A stretch of DNA of 64,000 bases from an uncultured Gemmatimonadales bacterium (GCA_963697755.1 CAVOPE010000013.1:138676-202675); one strand, 5' to 3'; counted from the first letter of the stretch, positions 1-9,761 are shown. Program-made: numbers and translations. The notes: generated from the letters alone by a model not told the origin.

Positions 1-782
1 ACTACTACGGCTTGGGCAACGACACGCCCAACCAGGGAAACAGCGACTTCTACCGCGTCAGGCAGCAGCGGTATGTGCTCGAGCCTGCCTTCGTGTTGCC
101 GATCGGCCATCACTCGCAAGTGAGCATCGGGCCGTTGGCTCGGTACACGCACACGGGCGACAATGCCGGACGCTTCATCGCGCCGATCCAGGACACCCTG
201 CTCGGCGGGCAGAACTTCGGGCAAGTAGGCGGTCAGCTCGCTTTCGAGCTCGATACCCGGGATCGGCCGGTCAATCCGCTGCATGGCATCCATCTCGCTG
301 CCGCCGGTGAGGTCGAACCGGCCCTGTGGGATGTCCCGAGCACCTACGGCGCGGGCGAGGTCCGGGCCGACGCGTTCGTGTCGGCGCCGGTGGCGTTGAC
401 CCCGACCCTCGCGCTCCGCGCCGGTGGCCGGAAGGTCTGGGGCACGTTCCCCTTTTTCGAGTCAGCCTTCCTTGGCGGTGTGTCGACGCTGCCGGGGTAT
501 CACTCGAACCGGTTTGCTGGCGATGCCAGCCTGTACGGCGGAGCGCAGCTCCGGTTGACCTTCGGGCCGGCATTTCTGGCGCTTCCGGCCGTGTGGGGCA
601 TCTACGGTGATATCGCGACTGGGCGCGTCTATGTGGAGGGGGAGTCACCCGGTGGCTGGCACAGCGGTGGCGGCGGCGGGGTCTGGCTCGGCTTCCTCGA
701 CCGTAATAATGCCCTATCGATTGGTGTGGCTTCCTCTAAGGAGGGAACGCTGGTTCAGGCGGGCATAGCATTCGGTTTCTAG
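1..782 (+). CDS. Omp85/BamA-family (bacterial surface antigen D15) outer-membrane protein, C-terminal beta-barrel; 5' end lies outside the window
   Basis: The frame of ORF 12..782 is open to the window start. It has an alternating beta-strand pattern, Gly/aromatic-rich strands, and the terminal ...QAGIAFGF aromatic residue typical of Omp85 barrels. Confidence 0.7.
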   Translation, partial: YYGLGNDTPNQGNSDFYRVRQQRYVLEPAFVLPIGHHSQVSIGPLARYTHTGDNAGRFIAPIQDTLLGGQNFGQVGGQLAFELDTRDRPVNPLHGIHLAAAGEVEPALWDVPSTYGAGEVRADAFVSAPVALTPTLALRAGGRKVWGTFPFFESAFLGGVSTLPGYHSNRFAGDASLYGGAQLRLTFGPAFLALPAVWGIYGDIATGRVYVEGESPGGWHSGGGGGVWLGFLDRNNALSIGVASSKEGTLVQAGIAFGF

Positions 783-951
783 GTGCGATGCTGCGAGTTG
801 CCCAGAGCAAACTTCAGCAATAAAGTTGGCAACCTGCGGGAACCTTGGAGTATTGTGAGCGGTTAAGGGGACCAACAGACGGCTTGCTCTGAACCGCGCT
901 CTCCGGCGAGATTCCTCGACCCAGTACGGTCGTTCCCCAAGAAGGTGCCAC

Positions 952-1593
952 TTGACGGACCCTCGGATTCAAGCAATTCGGCGCGGTGCAGCTCGATGCT
1001 GCATGACCGCAGTGACCCTAACGGCCGTTGCCGGTCGGGCGGCTGCCCAGGCTCCATCGGCTGCAGGAAACGGGGTCCGGCAGCAGCAGCAGTCCATTCA
1101 GGTTACCCCGGACAAGGTCCGGCTCACCAACTACCTGCACGATCTGGGCGTCGCCAGCCGTGGCACGGTGATCGGCACCATCGGCGGCGGATTGGCCGGC
1201 AGCCTCCTCGGGAGGCCAAGCCCATGGAACGATGGCGCTGGAGGACTGGCGCGAGAGATCGCCTCCCGGGAGGGGCAGGTGGTGGTGACCGTCAGCGTTC
1301 GCCACGGGTTGGCAGCGCTGATGCACCGCAACACCGCCTACCAGCCTTGCGATTGCCACGGATTCGGCCCACGGGTTGCCCACGCCCTGCTCGAGACCTT
1401 CACCGATCGGCGTGACGACGGGAGCCGAGCGCTCTCGGTGCCGCGCTTCGCCGGAGCCTACGCCGGGAGCTTTGCCCGGATGGCGTGGGAGCCCGGCCAG
1501 AACGCCGGCGGGGTCGCGATGGGTACGACGGTGTCCTTGGGTGTCTCCGCGCTGTTCAACGTCGCCCGCGAGCTGACGGGAGTGGGACGATAG
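952..1593 (+). CDS. Hypothetical secreted protein
   Basis: 213-codon ORF with GC3-rich codon usage. MTAVTLTAVAGRAAAQA (internal Met at 1003) looks like a signal peptide. I recognise no family. Confidence 0.45.
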   Translation: MTDPRIQAIRRGAARCCMTAVTLTAVAGRAAAQAPSAAGNGVRQQQQSIQVTPDKVRLTNYLHDLGVASRGTVIGTIGGGLAGSLLGRPSPWNDGAGGLAREIASREGQVVVTVSVRHGLAALMHRNTAYQPCDCHGFGPRVAHALLETFTDRRDDGSRALSVPRFAGAYAGSFARMAWEPGQNAGGVAMGTTVSLGVSALFNVARELTGVGR

Positions 1594-1739
1594 GCTCCCG
1601 TCGATGGGGAGGGCGCCCCGGCGCGTCCGGACAAGATTATCGCAAGTCCGTAAGCCAGACCAAGGTCCAATGTCACGATTCGGCACAAGGTGCAGTATTG
1701 AGGGGGTCGACGCCCACCACCCAGCATCAGGAGATCCCC

Positions 1740-2240
1740 ATGTCCCGGATAGCCTGCACTCTCCTCCTAGCCGCCGCGCTCCCCCTGACCTCCTGTAAAT
1801 CCGCCAGCGGCGGAGCCGCAGCAGCCCCCCAGCCAGATCTCGTTACACCCGCGGGGCTCACCACCACGGTCACCAGGAAGCTCGGCATCTCGGAAGTCCA
1901 AGCCAACGCCGCCATCGGCAGCATGCTCGGCACGGCGCAGCAGCAGCTGTCGCCCGAAGACTTCACGAAGCTCACGAGCGCGATTCCGGGAGCGGACAAC
2001 TATTTGTCGGCAGCAACGGCCGCCGGCGTCGGTCCCGCAGCCGCGGCGGGAGCTCCGGCTGATTCTGCCGCCACGGACAAGGCCGCGAGCGAGGCGGCCA
2101 ACATGGACAAGTTGAACGCAGACATGGCCAAGCTGCAGATTCCACCCGAGACCGCCAAGCACTTGGTGCCGACAGTCACCGAATACGTCAAGCAGGTAAG
2201 CGGGCCTAACGTTGCGGGCCTGCTCAAGGGTCTGTACTGA
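1740..2240 (+). CDS. Lipoprotein, DUF2780-like
   Basis: Internal ATG at 1740 of ORF 1485..2240. MSRIACTLLLAAALPLTSC is a lipobox. An Ala-rich linker and C-terminal helices resemble DUF2780 (VcgC/VcgE-like) proteins. An intrinsic terminator follows. Confidence 0.65.
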   Translation: MSRIACTLLLAAALPLTSCKSASGGAAAAPQPDLVTPAGLTTTVTRKLGISEVQANAAIGSMLGTAQQQLSPEDFTKLTSAIPGADNYLSAATAAGVGPAAAAGAPADSAATDKAASEAANMDKLNADMAKLQIPPETAKHLVPTVTEYVKQVSGPNVAGLLKGLY

Positions 2241-2276
2241 TTCGGTGGCCTTCGGTTCGAGCCCAGGAGGGGCAAT
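2241..2276 (+). repeat. Intergenic repeat module copy A (GGCCTTCGGTTCGAGCCCAGGAGGGGCAA box)
   Basis: The same box recurs at 5258-5318, 17693-17753, 37628-37715 and 38650-38680. A second half-copy, GGCCTTCGGCTCGAGC, sits at 2315-2330 after the hairpin. Confidence 0.6.
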
Positions 2277-2307
2277 GCCCACCGTGAACAACGGTGGGCT
2301 TTTTCTT
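2277..2307 (+). terminator. Rho-independent terminator
   Basis: GCCCACCG-tgaacaa-CGGTGGGC stem-loop followed by TTTTTCTT, 37 nt after the stop at 2240. Confidence 0.8.
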
Positions 2308-2424
2308 AAGGTTCGGCCTTCGGCTCGAGCTCCGCAGCCGAACTCAGCCGTGCTGGTCCACCCGCCGCCGCCCGGGTACATTACGCGTACCCTCAACACA
2401 TCGAGCGCGGTGACAGACCTCCGG

Positions 2425-5108
2425 ATGCAGCTGCAGACGGCGCTTGCCACATCGTACACCCTCGAGCGCGAGCTCGGGCGGGGCGGCATGGCCACCGTCT
2501 TCCTCGCCCAGGACCTGCGGCACGACCGGCCGGTCGCGCTCAAGGTGCTGCACCCCGATCTCGCGCGCACGCTCGGCCCCGAGCGCTTCCAGCGCGAGAT
2601 CAAGCTCGCCGCCCGGCTGCAGCACCCGCACATCCTGACGGTCCACGACTCGGGCGAGGCCGCCGGCCAGCTCTGGTTCACCATGCCGTACGTCGAGGGC
2701 GAGAGTCTCCGCGACCGGCTCCGGCGCGAGCGCCAGCTCCCGGTGGACGCCGCCCTTCGGATCGCGACCGAGGCCGCCCGGGCCCTCGAGTACGCCCACC
2801 GGCACGGCGTGATCCACCGGGACATCAAGCCCGAGAACCTGATGCTCACGAGCGACGGCAGCACCCTCGTCGCCGACTTCGGCATCGCGCGGGCCCTGGC
2901 GGGGGCGGACGATCGCCTGACCCAGACCGGGCTGGCGGTCGGGACTCCGGCCTACATGAGCCCCGAGCAGGCGGCGGGCGACAAGGGGCTCGACGCACGG
3001 ACCGACGTCTATTCCCTCGGGGCCGTGCTGTACGAGATGCTGGCCGGCGAACCGCCCTTCACCGGCCCCACGGCGCAGGCGATCATCGCGAAGCGGTTCA
3101 GCGGCGAGGTGCCTCGGGTGCGACAGGCGCGGCCGAGTGTACCCGAGCACGTGGACGCCGCGGTGTCACGCGCGCTGGCGCCGGTGGCTGCCGACCGGTT
3201 CGAGACGGTGGAGGGCTTCGCGCGAGCGCTCGGCGCGGCTGCCGCTACCAGTCCAGTCCTGGCGACGGCTCCTGAGCCCGCCTCCGTGGCGGGTGCCACC
3301 GCTCCCACACGGGTGACGACACCGCAGCCCACCCCCTCAGCTGGCCGGCGCGTGCCGCTTGCCGCGGTCACACTCGTCCTCGGCCTTCTCGTCGGGCTCG
3401 GCGTGCTCTTCGCCTGGCGACGCGCGCATCCCGGGGCGGACGACAGCCCAGGCCCCAAGCGGCTCGCCGTGCTTCCGTTCGAGAACCTGGGCGACTCGGC
3501 CGACGCCTACTTCGCCGATGGGATCACGAACGAGGTGCGCGGGAAGCTCTCGCAGGTTTCGGGACTCGCGGTGATTGCGCGGGCCAGCTCGAACGAATAC
3601 CGCCGCACCGCCAAGGCGCCGCAGCAGATCGCCCGCGAGCTCGGAGCCGATTACCTGCTCACCGCCACCGTGCAGTGGGAGAAGGCGCCGGGCGCTCCAA
3701 GCCGGGTGCGGGTGAGCCCCGAGCTCATCCGGGTCGAGCCCGGGGCCGCGCCGACCACCAAATGGCAGCAACCGTTTGATGCATCACTCACGGACGTCTT
3801 CCAGGTGCAGGCGGATATCGCGACGAAAGTGGCTAGTGCGCTCAACGCGGCGCTGGGCGACAGCGTGCGCCACGAGCTCGCAGCCAAGCCGACCGCGAAC
3901 CTGGCGGCCTACGATGCCTATCTCAAAGGCGAGGCCGCCTCGCAGGCCATGGCATCGGTGGATCCCGCGAGTCGTGCGCCGGGCAATCGGCTTCTACCAG
4001 CAGGCGGTCGCCCTGGACTCCGGGATTCGTGCCGGCCTGGACCCAGCTCGCGCGTGCGCGCGCGAACCTGTATTTCAACGGTACGCCGACACCCGAGCTG
4101 GCCGGCGCAGGCCCGTGACGCGGCGAACCGGGCGCAGGCGCTCGGGCCTGACCGGCCCGAAGGGCAGCTGGCACTGGGGGACTATTACCGGGTTGTGATG
4201 CTCGATAACCGCCAGGCGCTCGCGGCCTTCGAGGCGGGGCTCAAACTAGCGTCCACCAACGTCGATTTGCTCGTGAGCGCGGCCCTGGCCGAGCAGAGCC
4301 TGGGCCGCTGGGAGGCGGCGCTTCAGCATCTCACGCGGGCGGCCGACGCTCGATCCTCGCTCGGTCAACACTGCCCGGCGCACTGTCCGCGCGCTGCTCT
4401 GGCTGCGCCGCTATCCCGAGGCACAAGTCGCCGCTGGAGCGCGGACTCGCGCTCGCTCCGGCCAACCTCATCATGATCGAGGAGCGGGCGACCGTGCCGC
4501 TCGCCCAGGGCGATCTCGCGGGCGCCCGAGCCGTCGTCCGTGCCGCCCTGCCCGACCGTCGACCCGGCCGAGTTGCTCGTGTTCTTCGGCAACTTTCAGG
4601 ATCTCTACTGGGTGCTGGACGACGCCCAGCAGCAGCAGCTCCTCACGCTTCCGCCGAGTGCCTTCGATAACGATCGCGGGACCTGGAGCATCGTGCGCGC
4701 GCAGACGTATTGGCTGCGGAAGGATCGGGCGAAGGCGAAGGTGTATGCCGACTCCGCTCAGCTCGCCTTGGCGGAGCAGCTCCGGGCCACCCCGGAGGAT
4801 GGCCAGCGGCATGTCATCCGGGGCCTGGCGCTCGCGTACCTGGGCCGGAAGGCCGAGGCGATTCAGGAAGGGGAGCAGGGCGTGGCGCTGGTGCCGGTCA
4901 GCCGGGATGCTTTCGCTCGGGGCCTATAACCAGCACCAGCTCGTCCGGATCTACCTCTTCGTGGGCGAGCCCGAGCAGGCGCTCGACCAGCTGGAAGCCG
5001 TTGCTCAAGATCCCGTATTACCTCTCGCCCGGCTGGCTCAAGATCGATCCCACCTTCGCCCCGCTCCGGGGCAACCCGCGCTTCGAACGATTGATCGCCG
5101 GCGGATAA
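2425..5108 (+). pseudogene. Hanks-type Ser/Thr protein kinase with TM segment, TolB-N-like module and TPR tail; tail disrupted by about 8 frameshifts
   Basis: Kinase motifs GRGGMATVFLAQD, HRDIKPENLM, DFGIAR and GTPAYMSPEQ are intact. TM segment is LAAVTLVLGLLVGLGVLFAW, followed by LAVLPFENLGDSADAYFADGITNEV. From ~3965 the TPR-like sequence is readable only by hopping between all three frames (see ORFs 3776..4198, 4473..4670, 4540..4929, 4658..5194, 4710..5108). It ends ...PYYLSPGWLKIDPTFAPLRGNPRFERLIAGG. The start could also be GTG 2410. Confidence 0.8.
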
Positions 5109-5257
5109 TCTGCAATTCGCCTCGTGTGGCACCGGCGGAGTCGAAGCCAGGTTCCAGGATTGAAGTGTGTCGGCAAACCTCGACATCTGAGTGAGCAAAG
5201 GACGGCAAAGTCGAGCATCTGATCCAGTAATTTCGGCCGCTGACAGGCGGCCCCTCC

Positions 5258-5318
5258 GGACCAGGAGGGTCCTGGTTGACCTCTGGTCGCCTGCGGCTCG
5301 AGCCCAGGAGGGGCAACT
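5258..5318 (+). repeat. Intergenic repeat module copy B
   Basis: GGACCAGGAGGGTCCTGGTTGACCTCTGGTCGCCTGCGGCTCGAGCCCAGGAGGGGCAACT, followed by the AGCGCCGC...GCGGCGCT hairpin (5321-5352) and a T-rich tail. Confidence 0.6.
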
Positions 5319-5575
5319 GAAGCGCCGCATCGGATTTCTCGGTGGCGGCGCTTTCCCTATTTGCCGCCCTGTGCGAGTTCCTTCTTAGTCGTGAACTCAC
5401 ACTGCGCGGCTACGCTCGGCCGAGGGTACTAATCCGGCGCCATGCCGAAGATCAGCGAGATGACCCATATTCCGGGCAACTGGGAACTCACGCGGGCCGA
5501 CCGAACACGAGTGGGCCGAGCGGCTGCCCGCTTCGCTCACGCGGGCAGACGCGCATTAGACAACGGGGAGGTCGG

Positions 5576-6949
5576 ATGGCCGCCGGAATGTTGACCTACG
5601 AGGAGCTGAAGCGGGAGATCGCAGCGGACACGATCGACACAGTCATCGCCGCCATGGTGGACCTGCAGGGCCGGCTCGTCGGCAAGCGCTTCCATGCGGA
5701 GTACTTCGCCGACAGCGGGCACGAGGAGACGCACGGCTGCAACTATCTCCTCGGCGTCGACATCGAGATGGAGCCGGTGCCCGGATACAAGGCCGCGAGC
5801 TGGGAACTGGGCTACGGAGACTTCACCCTCAAGCCCGACATGGCGACGCTGCGGCGTGTCCCCTGGCTCCCCGGCACCGCACTCGTGATCTGCGACGTGG
5901 TCGATCATCACCACGAGGACGTACCCCACTCGCCGCGAGCGATGCTCAAGAAGCAGCTCCGGCGCCTCGAGGCCATGAAGCTCAAGGCCTATGTGGCGTC
6001 GGAGCTCGAGTTCTTCCTCTTCGACGACAGCTACGAGAGCGCCCACCAGAAGGGCTACCGCAACCTCAAGACGGCCGGGCACTACATCGAGGACTATCAC
6101 ATCCTGCAGACGACGAAGGACGAGGTCGTGATGCGGGCCCTCCGCAACGGCCTGCAAGGCGCCGGCATCCCGGTCGAGAATTCCAAGGGCGAGTGGGGCC
6201 CGGGCCAGGAGGAGATCAATGTCAGGTATGCGGAGGCGCTGGAGATGGCGGACCGGCACGCCATCATCAAGAACGGCGCCAAGGAAATCGCGTATGGTCT
6301 GGGCAAGGCCATCACCTTCATGGCCAAGTGGGACTACGGCATGGCCGGCAGCTCCTGCCACGTCCACCAGTCGTTGTGGTCCAAGGACGGCAAGTCGCCG
6401 CTCTTCTTCGACGAGGCGGGCGACCACGGCATGTCGGCGACGATGAAGCAGTACCTCGCCGGTCAACTGGAGCACGCCCGCGAGATCACCTACTTCCTGG
6501 CGCCCTACATCAATTCCTACAAGCGCTTCATGGCGGGCACCTTTGCCCCGACGCGCGCTGTCTGGAGCTTCGACAATCGGACGGCGGGCTATCGGGTGTG
6601 CGGCGCCGGTACCAAGGCCATCCGCGTCGAATGCCGCATCGGCGGCGCGGACCTCAATCCCTACCTGGCCTTCGCGGCACTGATCGCCGCAGGACTCGAC
6701 GGCGTGGAGAAGAAGATGAAGCTCGAGCCCGCCTTCTCGGGCGACGCTTACGATCCGTCGAAGAAGGTCCGCGAGATCCCCAAGACCCTGCGGGAAGCGG
6801 CGGCGCTGCTCGACGGGTCCAAGTTCCTGCGCTCGGCGATGGGCGACGACGTCATCGACCACTACGTACACACGGCCGAGTGGGAGCAGTTCGAGTTCGA
6901 CCGGCGCATCACCGATCTCGAGCTCAAGCGCGGCTTCGAGCGCTACTAA
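5576..6949 (+). CDS. Glutamine synthetase family protein (gamma-glutamyl-amine ligase type, PuuA/GlnA3/GlnA4-like)
   Basis: Internal ATG at 5576 preceded by GGGGAGG. GS catalytic-domain sequence is present (MAKWDYGMAGSSCHVHQSLW, NSYKRF, RVCG...IRVECRIGGADLNPYLA). Confidence 0.9.
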   Translation: MAAGMLTYEELKREIAADTIDTVIAAMVDLQGRLVGKRFHAEYFADSGHEETHGCNYLLGVDIEMEPVPGYKAASWELGYGDFTLKPDMATLRRVPWLPGTALVICDVVDHHHEDVPHSPRAMLKKQLRRLEAMKLKAYVASELEFFLFDDSYESAHQKGYRNLKTAGHYIEDYHILQTTKDEVVMRALRNGLQGAGIPVENSKGEWGPGQEEINVRYAEALEMADRHAIIKNGAKEIAYGLGKAITFMAKWDYGMAGSSCHVHQSLWSKDGKSPLFFDEAGDHGMSATMKQYLAGQLEHAREITYFLAPYINSYKRFMAGTFAPTRAVWSFDNRTAGYRVCGAGTKAIRVECRIGGADLNPYLAFAALIAAGLDGVEKKMKLEPAFSGDAYDPSKKVREIPKTLREAAALLDGSKFLRSAMGDDVIDHYVHTAEWEQFEFDRRITDLELKRGFERY

Positions 6950-6969
6950 GAGTGCGTCACGAGGGAGTC

Positions 6970-8361
6970 ATGGCTGAAACGATCGAGTGCGTCTCGCCGG
7001 TGGACGGCCGGCTGTACGCCAGCCGGCGAGTCGCCAGCAAGAAGAAGATCGCCGCCGCGTTCGCGGCGGCGCACGCGTCGCAGGAGCAGTGGAAACGGCT
7101 GCCGATCGCCGAGCGGGCCGCGTATTGCTCGGCGGCGGTGGATGCGATGATCGCCATGACGGAGGAGATCGTGCCGGAGCTGGCGTGGCAGATGGGCCGG
7201 CCGGTGCGCTATGGCGCCGGCGAGCTGCGTGGGTTCGAGGAGCGCGCCAGGTACATGATCGCGATCGCCGAGGAGGCGCTGTCGAACCTCGATCCGGGTC
7301 CGAAGGAGGGCTTCGTGCGCTACGTGAAGCGCGATCCGCTCGGCGTCGTCTTCACGATTGCACCGTGGAACTATCCCTATCTCACGGCCGTCAACTCGAT
7401 CATCCCCGGGCTGATGGCGGGCAACGCTGTGGTCCTGAAGCATGCGGCCTCGACCCTGCTGGTAGCCGAGCGCTTCCAGCAGGCCTTCGACCGGGCGGAG
7501 CTCCCGAAGGGCGTGTTCCAGCACCTCGTGCTCGATCACGAGCAGACCGCGGATATCATCGCCAGCGGCCATGCGAACATGGTGTGCTTCACCGGCTCGG
7601 TGGCGGGTGGCAGGGCGATCGAGGAAGCCTCGGCGGGGCGCTTCATCAACGTGGGCCTGGAACTCGGAGGGAAGGACCCCGCCTACGTGCGGCCGGACGC
7701 CGACATGGCCCACGCGATCGAGAACCTGGTGGACGGGGCCTTCTTCAACTCCGGGCAGAGCTGCTGCGGCATCGAGCGCATCTACGTCCACAAGAAAGTC
7801 TGGTACGACTTTCTCGACGGCTTCGTGGATCTCACGAAGAAGTACGTGCTCGGTTCACCGCTGGACCCGGAGACGACGCTGGGTCCGATGGTCAGAGCGG
7901 AGGCGGCGGCATCCGTCCGGAGGCAGATCGCGTCCGCGGTGCGGGCCGGGGCGAAGGCCCATATCGATCCCAGAGCGTTCCCCATGGACAAGCCGCGCAC
8001 GCCCTACATGGCGCCGCAGGTACTCACGTCGGTCACGCATCGCATGAGCGTGATGATGGACGAGAGCTTCGGTCCCGTGGTCGGCATCATGAAGGTGTCG
8101 GGCGACGAGGAGGCGTTGGAGCTGATGAACGATTCGCCCTACGGACTGACGGCAGCAATCTGGACCCAGGACGTGGATGCCGCCCGGGCCATCGGCGACG
8201 AGATCCAGACCGGCACCGTGTTCATGAACCGCTGCGACTATCTCGATCCGGCGCTCACCTGGACCGGGGTCAAGGACACCGGCCGAGGCGCGACGCTCTC
8301 TACGGTGGGCTACGAGGCGCTGACCCGGCCCAAGAGCTATCACCTGAGAACCAGGGCATGA
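6970..8361 (+). CDS. NAD(P)-dependent aldehyde dehydrogenase
   Basis: ATG at 6970 after GAGGGAG. ALDH motifs ELGGKDP and FFNSGQSCCGIERIYV are present. The N-terminal part of listed ORF 6193..8361 is out-of-frame overlap with the GS gene. Confidence 0.9.
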   Translation: MAETIECVSPVDGRLYASRRVASKKKIAAAFAAAHASQEQWKRLPIAERAAYCSAAVDAMIAMTEEIVPELAWQMGRPVRYGAGELRGFEERARYMIAIAEEALSNLDPGPKEGFVRYVKRDPLGVVFTIAPWNYPYLTAVNSIIPGLMAGNAVVLKHAASTLLVAERFQQAFDRAELPKGVFQHLVLDHEQTADIIASGHANMVCFTGSVAGGRAIEEASAGRFINVGLELGGKDPAYVRPDADMAHAIENLVDGAFFNSGQSCCGIERIYVHKKVWYDFLDGFVDLTKKYVLGSPLDPETTLGPMVRAEAAASVRRQIASAVRAGAKAHIDPRAFPMDKPRTPYMAPQVLTSVTHRMSVMMDESFGPVVGIMKVSGDEEALELMNDSPYGLTAAIWTQDVDAARAIGDEIQTGTVFMNRCDYLDPALTWTGVKDTGRGATLSTVGYEALTRPKSYHLRTRA

Positions 8362-9518
8362 CGATTCCCAGCCGCAACCTGAACTACCCGACGGCCATCA
8401 AGTTCGGCGCGGGCCGCGTCAGGGAGCTCGCCGACCACTGCAAGGCGAACGGCATCACCCGTCCGCTCTTCGTGACAGATCCCGGGCTCGCGGCGATGCC
8501 GATGGTCGAGAAGGTCGTGGACGACGTGAAGCGGGCCGGCTTCGGGATCGCGGTCTTCTCCGACGTCCGCTCCAATCCCGTCGAGGCCAACGTGATCGCG
8601 GGCGTGCGGGCCTACCTGGCGGGCGACCACGATGGCGTGGTCGCCTTCGGCGGAGGCTCGGGGCTCGACGTGGGCAAGCTGGTGGCCTTGATGCACGGCC
8701 AGGGCGTTTCGCTGTTCGAGCTGGAGGACGTGGACGACTGGTGGACCAGGGCCGACGCCTCGAAGATCGCCCCTATCATCGCCGTCCCGACCACGGCGGG
8801 CACCGGCTCGGAAGTCGGTCGCGCCGGAGTCGTCACCCATCCGGAGACCCAGGAGAAGAAGATCATCTTCCATCCGGCGATCATGCCCAGGGTGGCGATC
8901 CTCGATCCGGAGCTTACCGTCGGCCTGCCGCCGAAGCTGACGGCAGCGACGGGGATGGATGCGATGGCCCACTGCATCGAGTCGTATTGCGCACCCTTCT
9001 ATCACCCGCTCGCGGCGGGTGTCGCCCTCGAAGGCCTGCGGCTGGTGAAGGAGAACCTCGCGCGGGCCGTGAGGAAGGGCACGGACATCGACGCACGCGG
9101 GCACATGCTGATGGCGTCCACTATGGGTGCCACGGCCTTCCAGCGCGGGCTCGGTGCCATCCACGCGCTGTCCCACCCGTTCGGCGGCCTGTACGACGCG
9201 CATCACGGGATGCTCAACGGCATCATCATGCCGTACGTGGTGAAGGCGAACCGGCGGAAGATCGAGCGGGAGATCGAGCGCGCCGCCGCCTATCTCGGCA
9301 TCAAGGGCGGCTTCAGCGGCTTCCTCAAGTGGGTAGTGGCGCTGCGGAAAGAGATCGGGATTCCCGACCGGCTCTCGGACATAGGGATCGACACGAACCG
9401 GCTCGACGAGGTGGCGGCGATGGCGATCAAGGATCCCTCGGCCGGCGGCAACCCGATCGCCTTCAGCGTGCGGCAGTACAGGGAGCTGGCGAAGCGGTGC
9501 GTGAACGGCGACCTCTGA
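8358..9518 (+). CDS. Iron-containing (group III) alcohol dehydrogenase
   Basis: ATG at 8358 overlaps the ALDH stop (ATGA). Has GGGSGLDVGK and a His-rich metal site (MAHCIESY, HALSHPFGGLYDAHHG). Confidence 0.9.
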   Translation: MTIPSRNLNYPTAIKFGAGRVRELADHCKANGITRPLFVTDPGLAAMPMVEKVVDDVKRAGFGIAVFSDVRSNPVEANVIAGVRAYLAGDHDGVVAFGGGSGLDVGKLVALMHGQGVSLFELEDVDDWWTRADASKIAPIIAVPTTAGTGSEVGRAGVVTHPETQEKKIIFHPAIMPRVAILDPELTVGLPPKLTAATGMDAMAHCIESYCAPFYHPLAAGVALEGLRLVKENLARAVRKGTDIDARGHMLMASTMGATAFQRGLGAIHALSHPFGGLYDAHHGMLNGIIMPYVVKANRRKIEREIERAAAYLGIKGGFSGFLKWVVALRKEIGIPDRLSDIGIDTNRLDEVAAMAIKDPSAGGNPIAFSVRQYRELAKRCVNGDL

Positions 9519-9761
9519 TGCGGCAGCCCCGTAAGGAAGATGTGGCCTCACGTTCCAGGCGAACCGCGCAAACTCGTCCTCCGTGAGCGGTAGTCGGCGG
9601 AAGGCCCCCATCCTCCAGGCAGCCCTCGTTTCGACCGCTTGGTTGCCGGCCGATAATCATCAAGGCGCTTCGCCTGGCACCATCGCCTATCTGCGGGGTG
9701 TGAGTTTCTGTGTGAGTCAGTGAGCGAGTTGCCGGAGTTCGCGTCGGCGACACCTGGCAGC

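Noticed and set aside
2245-2275. tRNA-like T-arm (GGTTCGAGCCC) suggesting a tRNA gene or tRNA-derived att site
   Set aside because: No acceptor, D or anticodon arms can be drawn, and the 5 nt flanking the putative T-loop do not pair. The motif belongs to the intergenic repeat family instead.
2274-2424. 50-codon N-terminal extension of the kinase from the repeat-borne AGGAGG-ATG at 2274
   Set aside because: The extension contains the terminator hairpin and T-tract and has no kinase-family similarity. Family members typically start about 15 residues before the ...Y.xERELGRGGMATV motif, which fits ATG 2425 or GTG 2410.
6193-9518. Very long plus-strand ORFs 6193..8361 and 6987..9518 taken at face value
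   Set aside because: Their N-terminal thirds are out-of-frame read-through over the preceding genes and give Arg/Gly/Pro-rich sequence. The real starts are the internal ATGs at 6970 and 8358, which have an RBS or ATGA coupling.
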